Assembly: GCA_035534695.1 (NCBI GenBank)
Contig: DATLRN010000029.1
Coordinates: 8,771 to 72,770, forward strand
Source: Candidatus Dormiibacterota bacterium
GTDB lineage: Bacteria; Chloroflexota; Dormibacteria; Aeolococcales; Bog-877
Reading direction: 5' to 3'
Length of the DNA stretch: 64,000 nt
In this document: piece by piece, positions 51,120 to 60,738 of the stretch
Layout of the letters: each line of letters opens with the position of its first letter
How positions within the stretch are numbered: the stretch's first letter is position 1
Translations under genes and position numbers: made by a program
The notes under the pieces: model-generated
Database searches by the model: none
What the model saw: the letters and a program-made list of their open reading frames with translations, nothing else
Told to the model about the DNA's origin: nothing

Positions 51120-53686
51120 GCTTCCTCCAGACTGGATCCAAGGATGGTACGCACCGTCGCCAGCACAGCGGCGTGACCGTCCACCGACAGTCCGCCCTGG
51201 CCCAGCTGGTCAGTACCCCCGCCTCCACCGAATGGCTGGCACGCGACTTGAGCAATCTGCCCAGCGCGAAGTCCGCGCGCAACCAGGTCCGGCGACAGTT
51301 TAAGCACCAAGTCTGCGCCCGCCAGCACCAGAGCGCACCCCCGGCCGATGTCAGCTAACAATTCGTCAGCCTGGCGGCGCTGCTCGGCGCGGCTCAAAGG
51401 GGCCAGCGAATCGACCACCGCCAAGGTGAAGGACCCGATCGACTCCTTGCTCGCGGCGGCGAGCGGGGTCGCCCCCTGACGCCGCGACTCGGCCAGGTCG
51501 CGTTCCAGTTCGCGCACCCGCGCCTGCAATCCTTCGACCCTGGCCCTGACCTCGCCCACTGGTGCCCGCAGCTGGCGAGCCACCTCTGAGGTGTGGCTCC
51601 GTTGCCCCTCCCACCATTGTTCGGCGGCCTGGCCGGCGATCATCTCGATCCGGCGCAGGCCGGAGCCGACGCTGTGCTCGGCGGTGAGGACAGCCAGACC
51701 GATTCGGCCGGTGCGATCTACGTGCGTTCCCCCGCAGAGCTCGCGGGAGAATCCGTCGAAGCTCACCACCCTGACTTGGTCGCCGTAGGTCTCCTCGGGC
51801 AAGGCCAGCGCACCGGAGCGGCGGGCATCGTCCAGGGAAAGCATCTCGACCCGACGCTCCAGGTCAGCCCTGATCGCTCCGTTCAATTCGCGCTCGACCG
51901 CGACCAACTCCTCCTCCCCAAGAGGGCGGGGCCAGCTGAAGTCGAACGTCGCCCTGTCGGTCGAGACTAGCGAGCCCCGCTGGACCACCCCCTCCCCCAG
52001 CTGGCGGTGGAGCGCGGCGTTGAGCAGATGGGTAGCCGAGTGATGGGCGGCGCAGCCGGCGCGGTGCTCGAGGTTGACGGTGGCCCGAACCACCTGACCC
52101 TGGCGAAGCTCGCCCTCCAGAACCCGGCAGTGCTGAACTCGGGTCCCCGGCTGGGGTGACGTGGTGTCCAGCACCAATGCCGAGCCACCGTACCAAGCCA
52201 GCTGGCCCCGGTCGCCGACCTGGCCCCCGGCCTCGGCGTAGAAGGGCGACACCTCGAGAACCGCGTCGACCTCCTCTCCGGAGAGCGCCCAGTCGACCGG
52301 CGCACCCCGACCGAGCAAGAGGCTAACGGGAGCCGTCACCTCGAGCTGCTCGTAGCCGACGAACTCGCTTGCGGGCAGAGGCGCCTGAGCAGTCCCGGGA
52401 AGGCTGGTGGAGCGGCTCGCCCGAGCCTGTTCGCGCTGGACCTGGAAGAGCCGTTCCACCCCCTCCCGATCGACTCGGACGCCGCGGGCGGCGGCCAGGT
52501 CTTCCGTCACCTCCAAGGGGAAGCCGAAGGTGTCGTGCAGGCGAAAGGCATCGCTCCCGGCGATGACGTGGCCCTGAGCGCGGCCGACGACGTCCTCGAA
52601 CTGCTCCAACCCACGGGCCAGTGTCTCCTCGAACCGTGCCTCCTCCTGTTCGATTACAGCCCGCACCCGCTCGGCGCCGCTGGCCAGTTCGGGGTAGGTC
52701 TCGCCGAGCACCCCCACGACCGCGGGAACACAGGGCGCCAGACCACCATCTACGTCCAAGCTGAGCGCGCTCACCGAGGCTCGCCGGAGCAGGTGGCGGA
52801 GGACGTAACCCCGGCCCTCGTTGGCGGGAAGGACCCCGTCGGCGATCAGCATGCTGGCGCCGCGGGCGTGGTCGGAGAGGCGGCGCAGATGGCGGGCGCC
52901 TTGGTCGACCCCAACTTCCCCCAGCTTGCGCGCCCGACCGGCGAAATCCGCTTGAATCGGTGCGAAGAGGTCGGTGTCGAAGATGGACTCGCAGCCCTGC
53001 AGCACCATGGATACCCGCTCCAAGCCCATGCCGGTGTCGACCCCAGGATGGGCCAGGGAAACCGTGCTGCCATCCGCCAGCCGCTCCGAGTCCATGAAGA
53101 CGAGATTCCAGATCTCCAAGTAGCGCTCACCCCGTCCGGGCCGCTCGCCAGGACTCGAGCCGAAGCGCTCGCCCAAGTCGTAGTAGATCTCGCTGTCCAC
53201 GCCGCACGGTCCAGTCGGCCCCGCCTGCCAGAAGTTCTCCTCAAGCCGGGTCACCCGCTCGGAGGGAATCCCCGCCACCTTCTTCCACAACCCGACCGAG
53301 GCCTCGTCGCTGGGGTGGACGCTGGGGAAGATTCGGGCCGGGTCGAGGCCGAATCCCTGGGTTAGAAGTTCGAAGGCGTAGCCGATGGCCTCCTCCTTGA
53401 AATAGGCGCCAAAGCTAAAGTTGCCCAACATTTCAAAGAAGGTGTCGTGGCTGAGGTCGCCTACCTCGTCGATATCGGTCGCCCGGAAGGCCTTCTGACA
53501 GGAGGTGAGACGGTCCTGGGGCGGCACCTTTTGGCCCAGGAAATAGGCCTTGAACGGCACCATGCCGGCACTGACTAAGAGCAGGCTGGGATCGTCCCGG
53601 GGGATCAGCGGCGCGCTGGCCACCCGGAGATGGCCGTGCTGCTCGAAATAGTTGAGAAATTTAGTGCGGATTTGTTGACTTAACAA
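51116..53686 (-). CDS. alaS: Alanine--tRNA ligase
   Basis: TTG at 53684-53686 gives (M)LSQQIRTKFLNYFEQHGHLRVASAPLIP.DDPSLL..SAGM. Editing-domain HSATHLL motif and C-terminal DHHA1-type GGGG. The 894-aa track ORF is an upstream read-through. Confidence 0.93.
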   Translation of the reverse strand: MLSQQIRTKFLNYFEQHGHLRVASAPLIPRDDPSLLLVSAGMVPFKAYFLGQKVPPQDRLTSCQKAFRATDIDEVGDLSHDTFFEMLGNFSFGAYFKEEAIGYAFELLTQGFGLDPARIFPSVHPSDEASVGLWKKVAGIPSERVTRLEENFWQAGPTGPCGVDSEIYYDLGERFGSSPGERPGRGERYLEIWNLVFMDSERLADGSTVSLAHPGVDTGMGLERVSMVLQGCESIFDTDLFAPIQADFAGRARKLGEVGVDQGARHLRRLSDHARGASMLIADGVLPANEGRGYVLRHLLRRASVSALSLDVDGGLAPCVPAVVGVLGETYPELASGAERVRAVIEQEEARFEETLARGLEQFEDVVGRAQGHVIAGSDAFRLHDTFGFPLEVTEDLAAARGVRVDREGVERLFQVQREQARASRSTSLPGTAQAPLPASEFVGYEQLEVTAPVSLLLGRGAPVDWALSGEEVDAVLEVSPFYAEAGGQVGDRGQLAWYGGSALVLDTTSPQPGTRVQHCRVLEGELRQGQVVRATVNLEHRAGCAAHHSATHLLNAALHRQLGEGVVQRGSLVSTDRATFDFSWPRPLGEEELVAVERELNGAIRADLERRVEMLSLDDARRSGALALPEETYGDQVRVVSFDGFSRELCGGTHVDRTGRIGLAVLTAEHSVGSGLRRIEMIAGQAAEQWWEGQRSHTSEVARQLRAPVGEVRARVEGLQARVRELERDLAESRRQGATPLAAASKESIGSFTLAVVDSLAPLSRAEQRRQADELLADIGRGCALVLAGADLVLKLSPDLVARGLRAGQIAQVACQPFGGGGGTDQLGQGGLSVDGHAAVLATVRTILGSSLEEA

Positions 53687-53741
53687 TGCCCATCGTCCTT
53701 GCCCGATCGGCCGGATTCTAGCCGCTCCGGCGACGCCGGCA

Positions 53742-54506
53742 CTATTCCGGCAGTTCGCGCTTGAGTTGGGCCAAGGCCGCACGCTGCAGTCGGCTGACAT
53801 GCATCTGGCTGATCCCCAGGCGCCGGGCGACTTCCGTCTGGGGCAGCTGCTCGACGAAGCGAAGGACCATGATTTCGCGCTCCCTGGGGGTCAGGTGACG
53901 CATCGCCCCGGCCAGCATGTTCTGCAGCTCGATCCGGCTCAGATTCTCATCCTCGGCACCGATCCGGTCGCCCAGCTCGCCCTCACTGTCGCCCGAGCCC
54001 GCCGGAGACTCCAGGGAAAGGGCGCGCTGGGCCGGTCCTGCCTCCAGAGCCTGGAGCACCTCGTCCGGCTCCAGCTCCAGGCGGGCTGCGATTTCCGGAA
54101 CCGTCGGTCCGCGGCCCAGCTCCTGGCTCAGCTCCTGTTGGGTGCGGACCACCCGAGCGTAGGTCTCCTGAAGTCGCCGGGGCACTCGTACCGCCCAGCT
54201 TTTGTCCCGGAAATAGCGCTTTATCTCGCCCAGGATGGTGGGGGTGGCGAAGGTGGTGAACTCCAGCCCCAAGCCAGGATCGAAGCGATTGATGGCAGCG
54301 ATCAGACCGAGGTAGCCCACCTGCTCCAGGTCCTCCAGGGGCTCACCCCGGCCGGCGAAGCGGCGGGCCAGGGAGTGAACCAGCGCGGCGTACTGCGGCA
54401 CCAGCTCTTCGCGAACTTTGGGATCGCGGGTCTTCGCGTACTCGGCGAAGAGCCGCCGCTGCAGATCTCGATCGAAGCGGGGGGGAGTTAACCCCGCCTC
54501 GGTCAC
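53742..54506 (-). CDS. Group-3 sigma-70 family factor (SigB/SigF/SigG type)
   Basis: Region 2 EDLEQVGYLGLIAAINRFDP and region 4.2 ISQMHVSRLQRAAL. GTG at 54504-54506 overlaps the upstream gene's TGA (GTGA). Confidence 0.88.
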   Translation of the reverse strand: MTEAGLTPPRFDRDLQRRLFAEYAKTRDPKVREELVPQYAALVHSLARRFAGRGEPLEDLEQVGYLGLIAAINRFDPGLGLEFTTFATPTILGEIKRYFRDKSWAVRVPRRLQETYARVVRTQQELSQELGRGPTVPEIAARLELEPDEVLQALEAGPAQRALSLESPAGSGDSEGELGDRIGAEDENLSRIELQNMLAGAMRHLTPREREIMVLRFVEQLPQTEVARRLGISQMHVSRLQRAALAQLKRELPE

Positions 54507-54952
54507 CGCCAGCGGTACTTGGCCAGACGGACCCGCACGAGCCCGTCGTCCGCCGCCTGGAAGTCGACGTCCTCGGCGAAGCAACTGAGCATGGAGATGG
54601 CCATGTCGATGGCCTCGGCCGTGGCCAGGGTGGCTGACGGCAGCTTCGGAGTCGACCTGACCTGGGGCCGAGGCTTGCTGCCGAGGAGACGGACCTCGAC
54701 CCGGAGGGCATCCTCCTGGACCAAAAAGTTGATGCGCACCTTGGCATCCGCCAGGCCGGCGGCCAGGGCTGCCCGGATGGTGTGCTCACAGGCCTCGGCG
54801 ATGGCGATGTTGAACTCGTCCAGCGCCTCCAGGCCGAGCCCGGCGACCGTCGCCATACCCGCCGCCGCCCGTTTGGCGACCACGATGTACTGGGGATCGG
54901 CCGGAATCCTCAGTTCCGTCGCCTCGGCCGTCCTGGTGGCCATCACTTGCAT
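54503..54952 (-). CDS. RsbW/SpoIIAB-like anti-sigma factor, HATPase_c-like with degenerate ATP-binding motifs
   Basis: 149 aa immediately upstream of and coupled to the sigma gene. ELRIPADPQYIVVAKR...FNIAIAEACEHTI resembles the RsbW N-box region, but the Asn and the DxGxG box are not evident. Confidence 0.65.
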   Translation of the reverse strand: MQVMATRTAEATELRIPADPQYIVVAKRAAAGMATVAGLGLEALDEFNIAIAEACEHTIRAALAAGLADAKVRINFLVQEDALRVEVRLLGSKPRPQVRSTPKLPSATLATAEAIDMAISMLSCFAEDVDFQAADDGLVRVRLAKYRWR

Positions 54953-55181
54953 GCTTGCCCCCCCGGGCTCGAATTCAAACCTACCCGATGGGCCCTTCGG
55001 CCCCCACCGGCGCTTAGCTCCGATCCCTGGTTCACCAGGTGGGTGCGCCGCACGGGACCTTCCAGATCCTCTCCGAGGAGGCTTGTGGGCCGTTCGCGGT
55101 GTTGGCGCTCCCGAGAAATCATCACTAGGGTCGGGTACATGTGTCCGGCGGGGGCCGGGCCCAGGGCCACCGTAGCACGGC

Positions 55182-56972
55182 TCACTTGGCTTGGGACTCC
55201 TTGAGAGTTCCGGGTTTGGGCGCCAGACGGAGCCCGACCTCAGCCAGCTGCTCGGGCAACACCGGAGTCGGTGCTCCGGTAAGCGGATCGGAACCGGTCT
55301 GGGTCTTGGGGAAGGCGATCACCTCGCGAATCGACGGCTCGCCCAGGCCCACCATCACCATCCGGTCGATGCCAGCTGCGAATCCTCCGTGGGGGGGAGC
55401 TCCGTAGCGGAAGGCGGATATGAGGAAGCCAAACTTCTGCTCGGCTTCCTCGGGAGTCAAACCCAGAGCGGCGAAGATGGCTTGCTGCTGCTCAGGACGG
55501 GTGATCCGCAGCGACCCGCTGCCCAGCTCCACCCCGTTACAGACGATGTCATAGGCGCGGGAGCGCACCCGCAAGGGATCGCTTACGATCAGCGGCCAGT
55601 CATCGACATGGGGCTGGGTGAAGGGATGGTGCGTCGGACTGACCCCGCCGCTGGCGGAGCGCTCAAAGAGGGGAAACTCGGTGACCCAGACAAAGTCGAG
55701 GCGGCCCTCGGGAATCCAGCCCAGCTGGCGCCCCGCGTGGAGCCGGACGGCCCCCAGCGCCGTGGCCGCCACAGCCTCCGGACCGGCCGTGAAGCAGACG
55801 CAATCGCCGTCCTCCACCCCCAACTGCTCGGTCAGAGCGGCCAGTTCACCGGCGGAGAAGAACTTAGCGATCGACCCCTCGTACTGTCCCGCTCGGCGCC
55901 ACAGGTAGGCGAGCCCCTGGGCGCCGTAGGTACGCGCGACCTGCAGCCACTCCCCCTCCAGGTCTCCTCGCGTGAGCTCGCCTCCACCGGGCACTCGCAG
56001 CGCCCGAACCGTACCCCCGCCCTCAATAGCGCCGCTGAAGACCCGAAAGGAGCTGGTCCGAAACACTTCGGAGACATCCATCAGTTCGTTGCCGAAGCGA
56101 GTGTCGGGCTTGTCAGTGCCGAAGCGAGCGATCGCTTCCCGGTACGGAATCCGGGGCCAGGGAGTCGGTATCGGCTGCCCAAAGGCGGACTCCCAGGCGA
56201 ACGAGATCATGGCTTCCAGAACCTCGTAAATCTCCTCCTCGTCGACAAAGGACATCTCCAGGTCGAGCTGGGTGAACTCAAACTGGCGGTCGGACCGGAG
56301 ATCCTCGTCGCGCCAGCAGCGGGCGATCTGGAAGTAACGGTCAAATCCGGCCACCATCGACAGCTGCTTGTAGAGCTGGGGCGACTGGGGCAAAGCCCAG
56401 ACATGGCCCGGCCACATCCGGCTCGGCACTACGAAGTCGCGGGCCCCCTCGGGCGTGCTGGGAATCATGGTCGGGGTCTCAATCTCGGTGAAGCCGAGCC
56501 GGTCGGCCTCGTCGCGCAGGCTCTTGATGAAGCGGTGGCGAGTCCGCAGGTTGCGCTGCATCCGAGGCCGACGCAGGTCCAGGTAGCGGTACTGGAGGCG
56601 AACCCGCTCGTCCGCCTCGGCCTCATCGGCCGTTCCGATTGGCATCGCCTCCGCCTGGGCGAGCACCTCGCAGACCTCGACCGCCACCTCGATCTCACCG
56701 GTGGGCAAGTTGGGGTTGGCGCTGCCTTCGGGACGCGGCTCGACCACCCCTTCGGCCCGCAGCACCCATTCCAGACGACTGCGCTCGGCCACCTCTTGAG
56801 CCGCTGGGAACTTGGCCGGGTTGAACACCAGCTGGACCACCCCGGTGTGGTCGCGGAGGTCGATGAAGGTAAGACCACCGTGGTCACGGCGATGGTTAAC
56901 CCAGCCCGCCAGGAGAACACGCTCGCCGCGTTGGGCCAGACCGACCGTGCCACAGTAGCTTCGACCCCTCAC
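55182..56972 (-). CDS. aspS: Aspartate--tRNA ligase
   Basis: OB-fold LAGWVNHRRDHGGLTFIDLRD and class II motifs (FRDEDLRSDRQFEFTQLD, GGFAAGIDRMVM). GTGA overlap with hisS. Confidence 0.94.
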   Translation of the reverse strand: MRGRSYCGTVGLAQRGERVLLAGWVNHRRDHGGLTFIDLRDHTGVVQLVFNPAKFPAAQEVAERSRLEWVLRAEGVVEPRPEGSANPNLPTGEIEVAVEVCEVLAQAEAMPIGTADEAEADERVRLQYRYLDLRRPRMQRNLRTRHRFIKSLRDEADRLGFTEIETPTMIPSTPEGARDFVVPSRMWPGHVWALPQSPQLYKQLSMVAGFDRYFQIARCWRDEDLRSDRQFEFTQLDLEMSFVDEEEIYEVLEAMISFAWESAFGQPIPTPWPRIPYREAIARFGTDKPDTRFGNELMDVSEVFRTSSFRVFSGAIEGGGTVRALRVPGGGELTRGDLEGEWLQVARTYGAQGLAYLWRRAGQYEGSIAKFFSAGELAALTEQLGVEDGDCVCFTAGPEAVAATALGAVRLHAGRQLGWIPEGRLDFVWVTEFPLFERSASGGVSPTHHPFTQPHVDDWPLIVSDPLRVRSRAYDIVCNGVELGSGSLRITRPEQQQAIFAALGLTPEEAEQKFGFLISAFRYGAPPHGGFAAGIDRMVMVGLGEPSIREVIAFPKTQTGSDPLTGAPTPVLPEQLAEVGLRLAPKPGTLKESQAK

Positions 56973-58249
56973 AGCTGCCCCTCAGTGGCGCTCGCCTCGG
57001 CCCACTCCCGCACCTGACCAGACGCCTCCGCCAGGCGGAGGGCGACCTGGTCGCCTGTGCTCAGGCGACGAAGGGTGACCCGCTGGGACTTGACCTCGTC
57101 CTCACCCAGGATGGCGACGGCTCCTGCCCCGGACCGCTCCGCTGCCCGCATCTTCCCCTTCAGGCTGCGCCGGCCCACGTCGCAGATGACGGCCAGGCCG
57201 TCGCGGCGCAACCGCTGTGCCAGGTCTACGGCTAGGCCCACCGCAGTCTCCTGGGCCGAACAAACCACCACCTGGGGCGGGGCCAACGGGACAGGAGGCG
57301 GGGCCAGCATCACGACTCGTTCCAGGCCGGCCGCGAAACCAACGCCAGGCGCGGCCGGGTAGCCGAGAAGCTCAGAAAGTCCGTCGTAGCGCCCGCCCCC
57401 GAAGAGCGCGTTCTGCGCTCCCTGAAGGTCCTCGTGCCAGACCTCGAAGGTGGTGCGGACGTAGTAGTCGAGTCCTCGCACCAAGCGATCGTTGATCTGG
57501 AACGGAATGCGGTAGGCACGCAGAGCCAGCTGCACGCGCTCGAAGGCGTCACGGCACTCAGGGCAGAGGAAGTCGCGGGTCCGAGGCACCGTCGCCAACA
57601 GCTCCTCGGTATCGGGGTCCTTGCTGTCCAGGATCCGGAGCGGATTCCTGGCCAGGCGCTCGCGGTCCAGCTCAGGCAGCTGGGCTAGATGGGGGGCGAA
57701 GTGATCGAGCAGGGCCTGGCGGAAGGCGGGGCGGCACTGAGCGTCGCCGATGCTGTTCAGCTGCAGACTGATTCCCCCCAGGCCAAGATCCGCCAGCCAA
57801 TCCCAGGCGACCGCGATCACCTCAGCGTCCAACTCGGCCTCCGCATCCCCGATCGCCTCCACCCCGAACTGGTGGAACTGCCGGTACCGGCCTCGGCCGG
57901 GCCGGTCGTAGCGGAACATCGGGCCCGCGTAGCTGAGCCGGACCGGAGGTGGCAGCTCACGAAGCGACGACTCTCCGAAGGCGCGCAAGACCGGCGCCGT
58001 GTTCTCAGGGCGCAGAGTCAGCGACCGGCCCGATCGATCCGGGAACGTGTACATCTCCCGGCGGACCACGTCGGTGGTGTCGCCCACCCCGCGTACAAAG
58101 AGCTCGGTCGACTCGAAGATAGGCGTGGCGATCTCCCGATAACCAAAGCTGTTGGCGATCCGCATGCCCGCCGCGACAGCTCCGGCCATGGCTGCCAGAC
58201 GGGCAGGCAGCAGGTCCTCGGTTCCGCGCGGCCGCGAGATCGGGGGCAT
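56969..58249 (-). CDS. hisS: Histidine--tRNA ligase
   Basis: RGTEDLLP, YAGPMFRYDRPGRGRYRQFHQFGVE and GGGRYDGL. Confidence 0.94.
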   Translation of the reverse strand: MPPISRPRGTEDLLPARLAAMAGAVAAGMRIANSFGYREIATPIFESTELFVRGVGDTTDVVRREMYTFPDRSGRSLTLRPENTAPVLRAFGESSLRELPPPVRLSYAGPMFRYDRPGRGRYRQFHQFGVEAIGDAEAELDAEVIAVAWDWLADLGLGGISLQLNSIGDAQCRPAFRQALLDHFAPHLAQLPELDRERLARNPLRILDSKDPDTEELLATVPRTRDFLCPECRDAFERVQLALRAYRIPFQINDRLVRGLDYYVRTTFEVWHEDLQGAQNALFGGGRYDGLSELLGYPAAPGVGFAAGLERVVMLAPPPVPLAPPQVVVCSAQETAVGLAVDLAQRLRRDGLAVICDVGRRSLKGKMRAAERSGAGAVAILGEDEVKSQRVTLRRLSTGDQVALRLAEASGQVREWAEASATEGQL

Positions 58250-58300
58250 CGAACTGGCAGTGTAATTGGCTGGGCCGGCGCGACCCCCAGAGCGGCGATG

Positions 58301-60451
58301 TCAGCTGACTTCGCGCATCACCTGCTGGACGTCGCGTACCCCCTCGAGCCGCTCCAGGAGCCGGCTCAGCTCGGTCAGGCTGGAGATGTCCACCACCGCG
58401 TTGATCACCGCCGACTGGGAACCATCAACCTCAACCGCAGCACCGCTCAGATTCACCTTGCTCTCGGCGATGGCGGTGGCGACGTCGCGGAGCAGGCCAG
58501 TACGATCCCGCGCCTCGATGCGTAGACGCACCGGATAGACCTGGCGACTGCCTTCGTCCCACTCAACCTCAACGATCCGCTGCGGATCGGTGGCATGACG
58601 AATGTTGACGCAGTCCTCGCGATGGACGGTCACCCCGCGGCCCCTGGTCACGTAGCCCCGGATCGGCTCGCCGGGAACTGGCTTGCAGCAGCGGGCGATG
58701 TTGGTCATCAGGTCGGTCAGGCCCGCCACCCGCACGCCGCCACTGGGAGCGGACCGGGTCACCAGCGGGATGGCGCTGGCCGGGACCTGGTCGACTACCC
58801 CGGCCTCCTCTCGGGCAGCCCACTTGAGCACGATCGTTCGCGCCGCCACCTCGCCATAGCCCACGGCGGCGAAGAAATCCGTGAGATCGGGGATGCGAAA
58901 CTCCTTAGCCAACTCGAGAAGGCGTGCCTGCGGCACTGAGCTCAGCTGGATCCCCCGCATGCGGCGCAGTTCGCGGTCGAGGAGTTCACGCCCCCGGGTG
59001 ACGTTCTCCTCCCGCCGCTCCCTCTTGAACCATTGGCGGATCTTCTCCCGAGCACTGCTCGTCTTGGCGAAGTTGAGCCAGTCCCGGCTCGGCCCATGGC
59101 GCTCGGAGCGGGTGGTCAGGATCTCGACGATGTCACCGTTCTGGAGCAGGTGGTCGAGAGACACCATCCTCGAGTTGATCTTGGCCCCCAGACAGCGGTG
59201 GCCGACGTCGGTGTGGATCCGGTAGGCGAAGTCGATGGCCGTGGCTCCGGCTGGCAGAGAGAGCACATCACCTTTGGGGGTGAAGACGAAGACCTCGTCC
59301 TGGAAAACCTCGAGCCGGACATGCTCGACGAAGCGCTCGGCGTCGAGGACCTCCTTCTGCCACTCCAACAGAGACCGCAGCCAGCTGAAGCCCTCGTCCA
59401 GGCGCTGGTCGGAGCGGGTCCCCTCCTTGTAGTGCCAGTGGGCCGCGATCCCCTCCTCGGCGGTGCGGTGCATATCCCGGGTTCGAATCTGAATCTCGAC
59501 CGGTTCCCCGCCCTCGCCGACCACCGTCGTGTGCAAGGACTGGTAGCCGTTGCCCTTGGGCATGGCGATGTAGTCCTTGAAGCGCCCCGGGATCGGTTTC
59601 CAGAGGGCGTGGACCACGCCCAAGGCTCCGTAGCAGCCACGGATGTCGTCACAGATGACCCGCAGCGCGACCAGGTCATAGATCTCGCGGATGGTCTTGC
59701 CGCCCTGCTGCATCTTGCGGAAGATGCTGGTCAGATTCTTCGGCCTGCCCACAACTTCGGCTCGGATCCCCGCCTCAGCGAGGTCAGCGGCCAGCTGCTG
59801 ACAGGCCTGCTCCAGCACCAAGAGTCGCTGCCGTCGGCGTAGATGGACCTCCTGACGCACCCGCTCGTAGTTGTCGCGGTCGAGGACCGAGAAGCAGAGA
59901 TCCTCGAGCTCCGCCTTCATCTGCCAGATTCCCAGTCGATGGGCCAAGGGCGCGTAGATGTCGATTGTCTCCTGGGCGATCCGGCGCTGCCGCTCTTCTG
60001 GGAGCGCCGCGATGGTGCGCATGTTGTGCATGCGGTCGGCCAGCTTGATCAGCACCACCCGCAAGTCCTCGGCCATGGCGACCAGCATCTTGCGGATGTT
60101 CTCGGCCTGTACCTGGGCCTGACTGTGGAGTTTGATACGGCCCAGCTTGGTCACCCCGGCCACCAGCTTCTCGACGGTAACCCCGAACTCCTCGCGGATC
60201 TGCTCGGCGGCCATCGGAGTGTCCTCGACCACGTCGTGGAGAAGGGCCGCCGCCAAGGCGTCGGTGTCTAGGTGGAGGTCCGCCAGGAGCGCCGCCACCG
60301 CCAGGGGGTGGGTGATGTACGGCTCTCCGGAGAGACGCATTTGGCCGCCATGAGCCAGCTCAGCTACACGGTACGCCCGCTTCAGCGTGGCGACGTCGCT
60401 CTCCCCGAGGTAACTCAGGCGAGGGACGAGGTCCTCGAACTGCATGCCCAA
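58301..60451 (-). CDS. rel: Bifunctional (p)ppGpp synthetase/hydrolase Rel (RSH long form)
   Basis: HD domain (HPLAVA...LHDVVEDT), synthetase domain (YQSLHTTV, EIQIRT), and TGS and ACT domains at the C-terminus. Confidence 0.94.
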   Translation of the reverse strand: MGMQFEDLVPRLSYLGESDVATLKRAYRVAELAHGGQMRLSGEPYITHPLAVAALLADLHLDTDALAAALLHDVVEDTPMAAEQIREEFGVTVEKLVAGVTKLGRIKLHSQAQVQAENIRKMLVAMAEDLRVVLIKLADRMHNMRTIAALPEERQRRIAQETIDIYAPLAHRLGIWQMKAELEDLCFSVLDRDNYERVRQEVHLRRRQRLLVLEQACQQLAADLAEAGIRAEVVGRPKNLTSIFRKMQQGGKTIREIYDLVALRVICDDIRGCYGALGVVHALWKPIPGRFKDYIAMPKGNGYQSLHTTVVGEGGEPVEIQIRTRDMHRTAEEGIAAHWHYKEGTRSDQRLDEGFSWLRSLLEWQKEVLDAERFVEHVRLEVFQDEVFVFTPKGDVLSLPAGATAIDFAYRIHTDVGHRCLGAKINSRMVSLDHLLQNGDIVEILTTRSERHGPSRDWLNFAKTSSAREKIRQWFKRERREENVTRGRELLDRELRRMRGIQLSSVPQARLLELAKEFRIPDLTDFFAAVGYGEVAARTIVLKWAAREEAGVVDQVPASAIPLVTRSAPSGGVRVAGLTDLMTNIARCCKPVPGEPIRGYVTRGRGVTVHREDCVNIRHATDPQRIVEVEWDEGSRQVYPVRLRIEARDRTGLLRDVATAIAESKVNLSGAAVEVDGSQSAVINAVVDISSLTELSRLLERLEGVRDVQQVMREVS

Positions 60452-60516
60452 CTACTGCATTCTAGGTGGAGCAGTTGAGATTGAACTTGTGGGCACCCGC
60501 CCAGCGCGGGTCTATA

Positions 60517-60554
60517 CTCGGCTCAGTGGCTGGTCCAACTGACCCTGAGCCGAG
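60517..60554. repeat. Perfect 10-bp inverted repeat (CTCGGCTCAG-N18-CTGAGCCGAG) with an inner GGTC/GACC pair
   Basis: Read directly from the sequence in the rel / small-ORF divergent spacer. It overlaps a TATACT hexamer at 60513-60518. Confidence 0.9.
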
Positions 60555-60624
60555 CGGCGTCTACTTGGCCGGCCCGCCCGCCGACGGTCCCCAGACGCTG
60601 GGAGACCTTCAGACGCACCCGCGC

Positions 60625-60720
60625 ATGAGCCGCACCGCCTGGCTGATCGCGATCATGCTCTTCGTCGCCGTGCTCTCCTTCTTCATCGTGGTGGTCCTGC
60701 TCGGAGTCGACAACTCCTGA
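60625..60720 (+). CDS. Tiny hydrophobic single-TM protein (31 aa from the ATG; may start earlier at TTG 60565 or GTG 60526)
   Basis: MSRTAWLIAIMLFVAVLSFFIVVVLLGVDNS. 30 of 31 codons end in G/C, which is a strongly coding-like signature. Confidence 0.45.
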   Translation: MSRTAWLIAIMLFVAVLSFFIVVVLLGVDNS

Positions 60721-60738
60721 GGCGACCGACCTAGTCCG

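Noticed and set aside
54953-54990. SigB-type promoter GTTTGA-N12-GGGGGCA upstream of the anti-sigma gene.
   Set aside because: The match to GTTTAA-N12-15-GGGTAT is weak, and the -10-like element sits only about 5 nt from the start codon. It is mentioned in a finding but not called as a feature.
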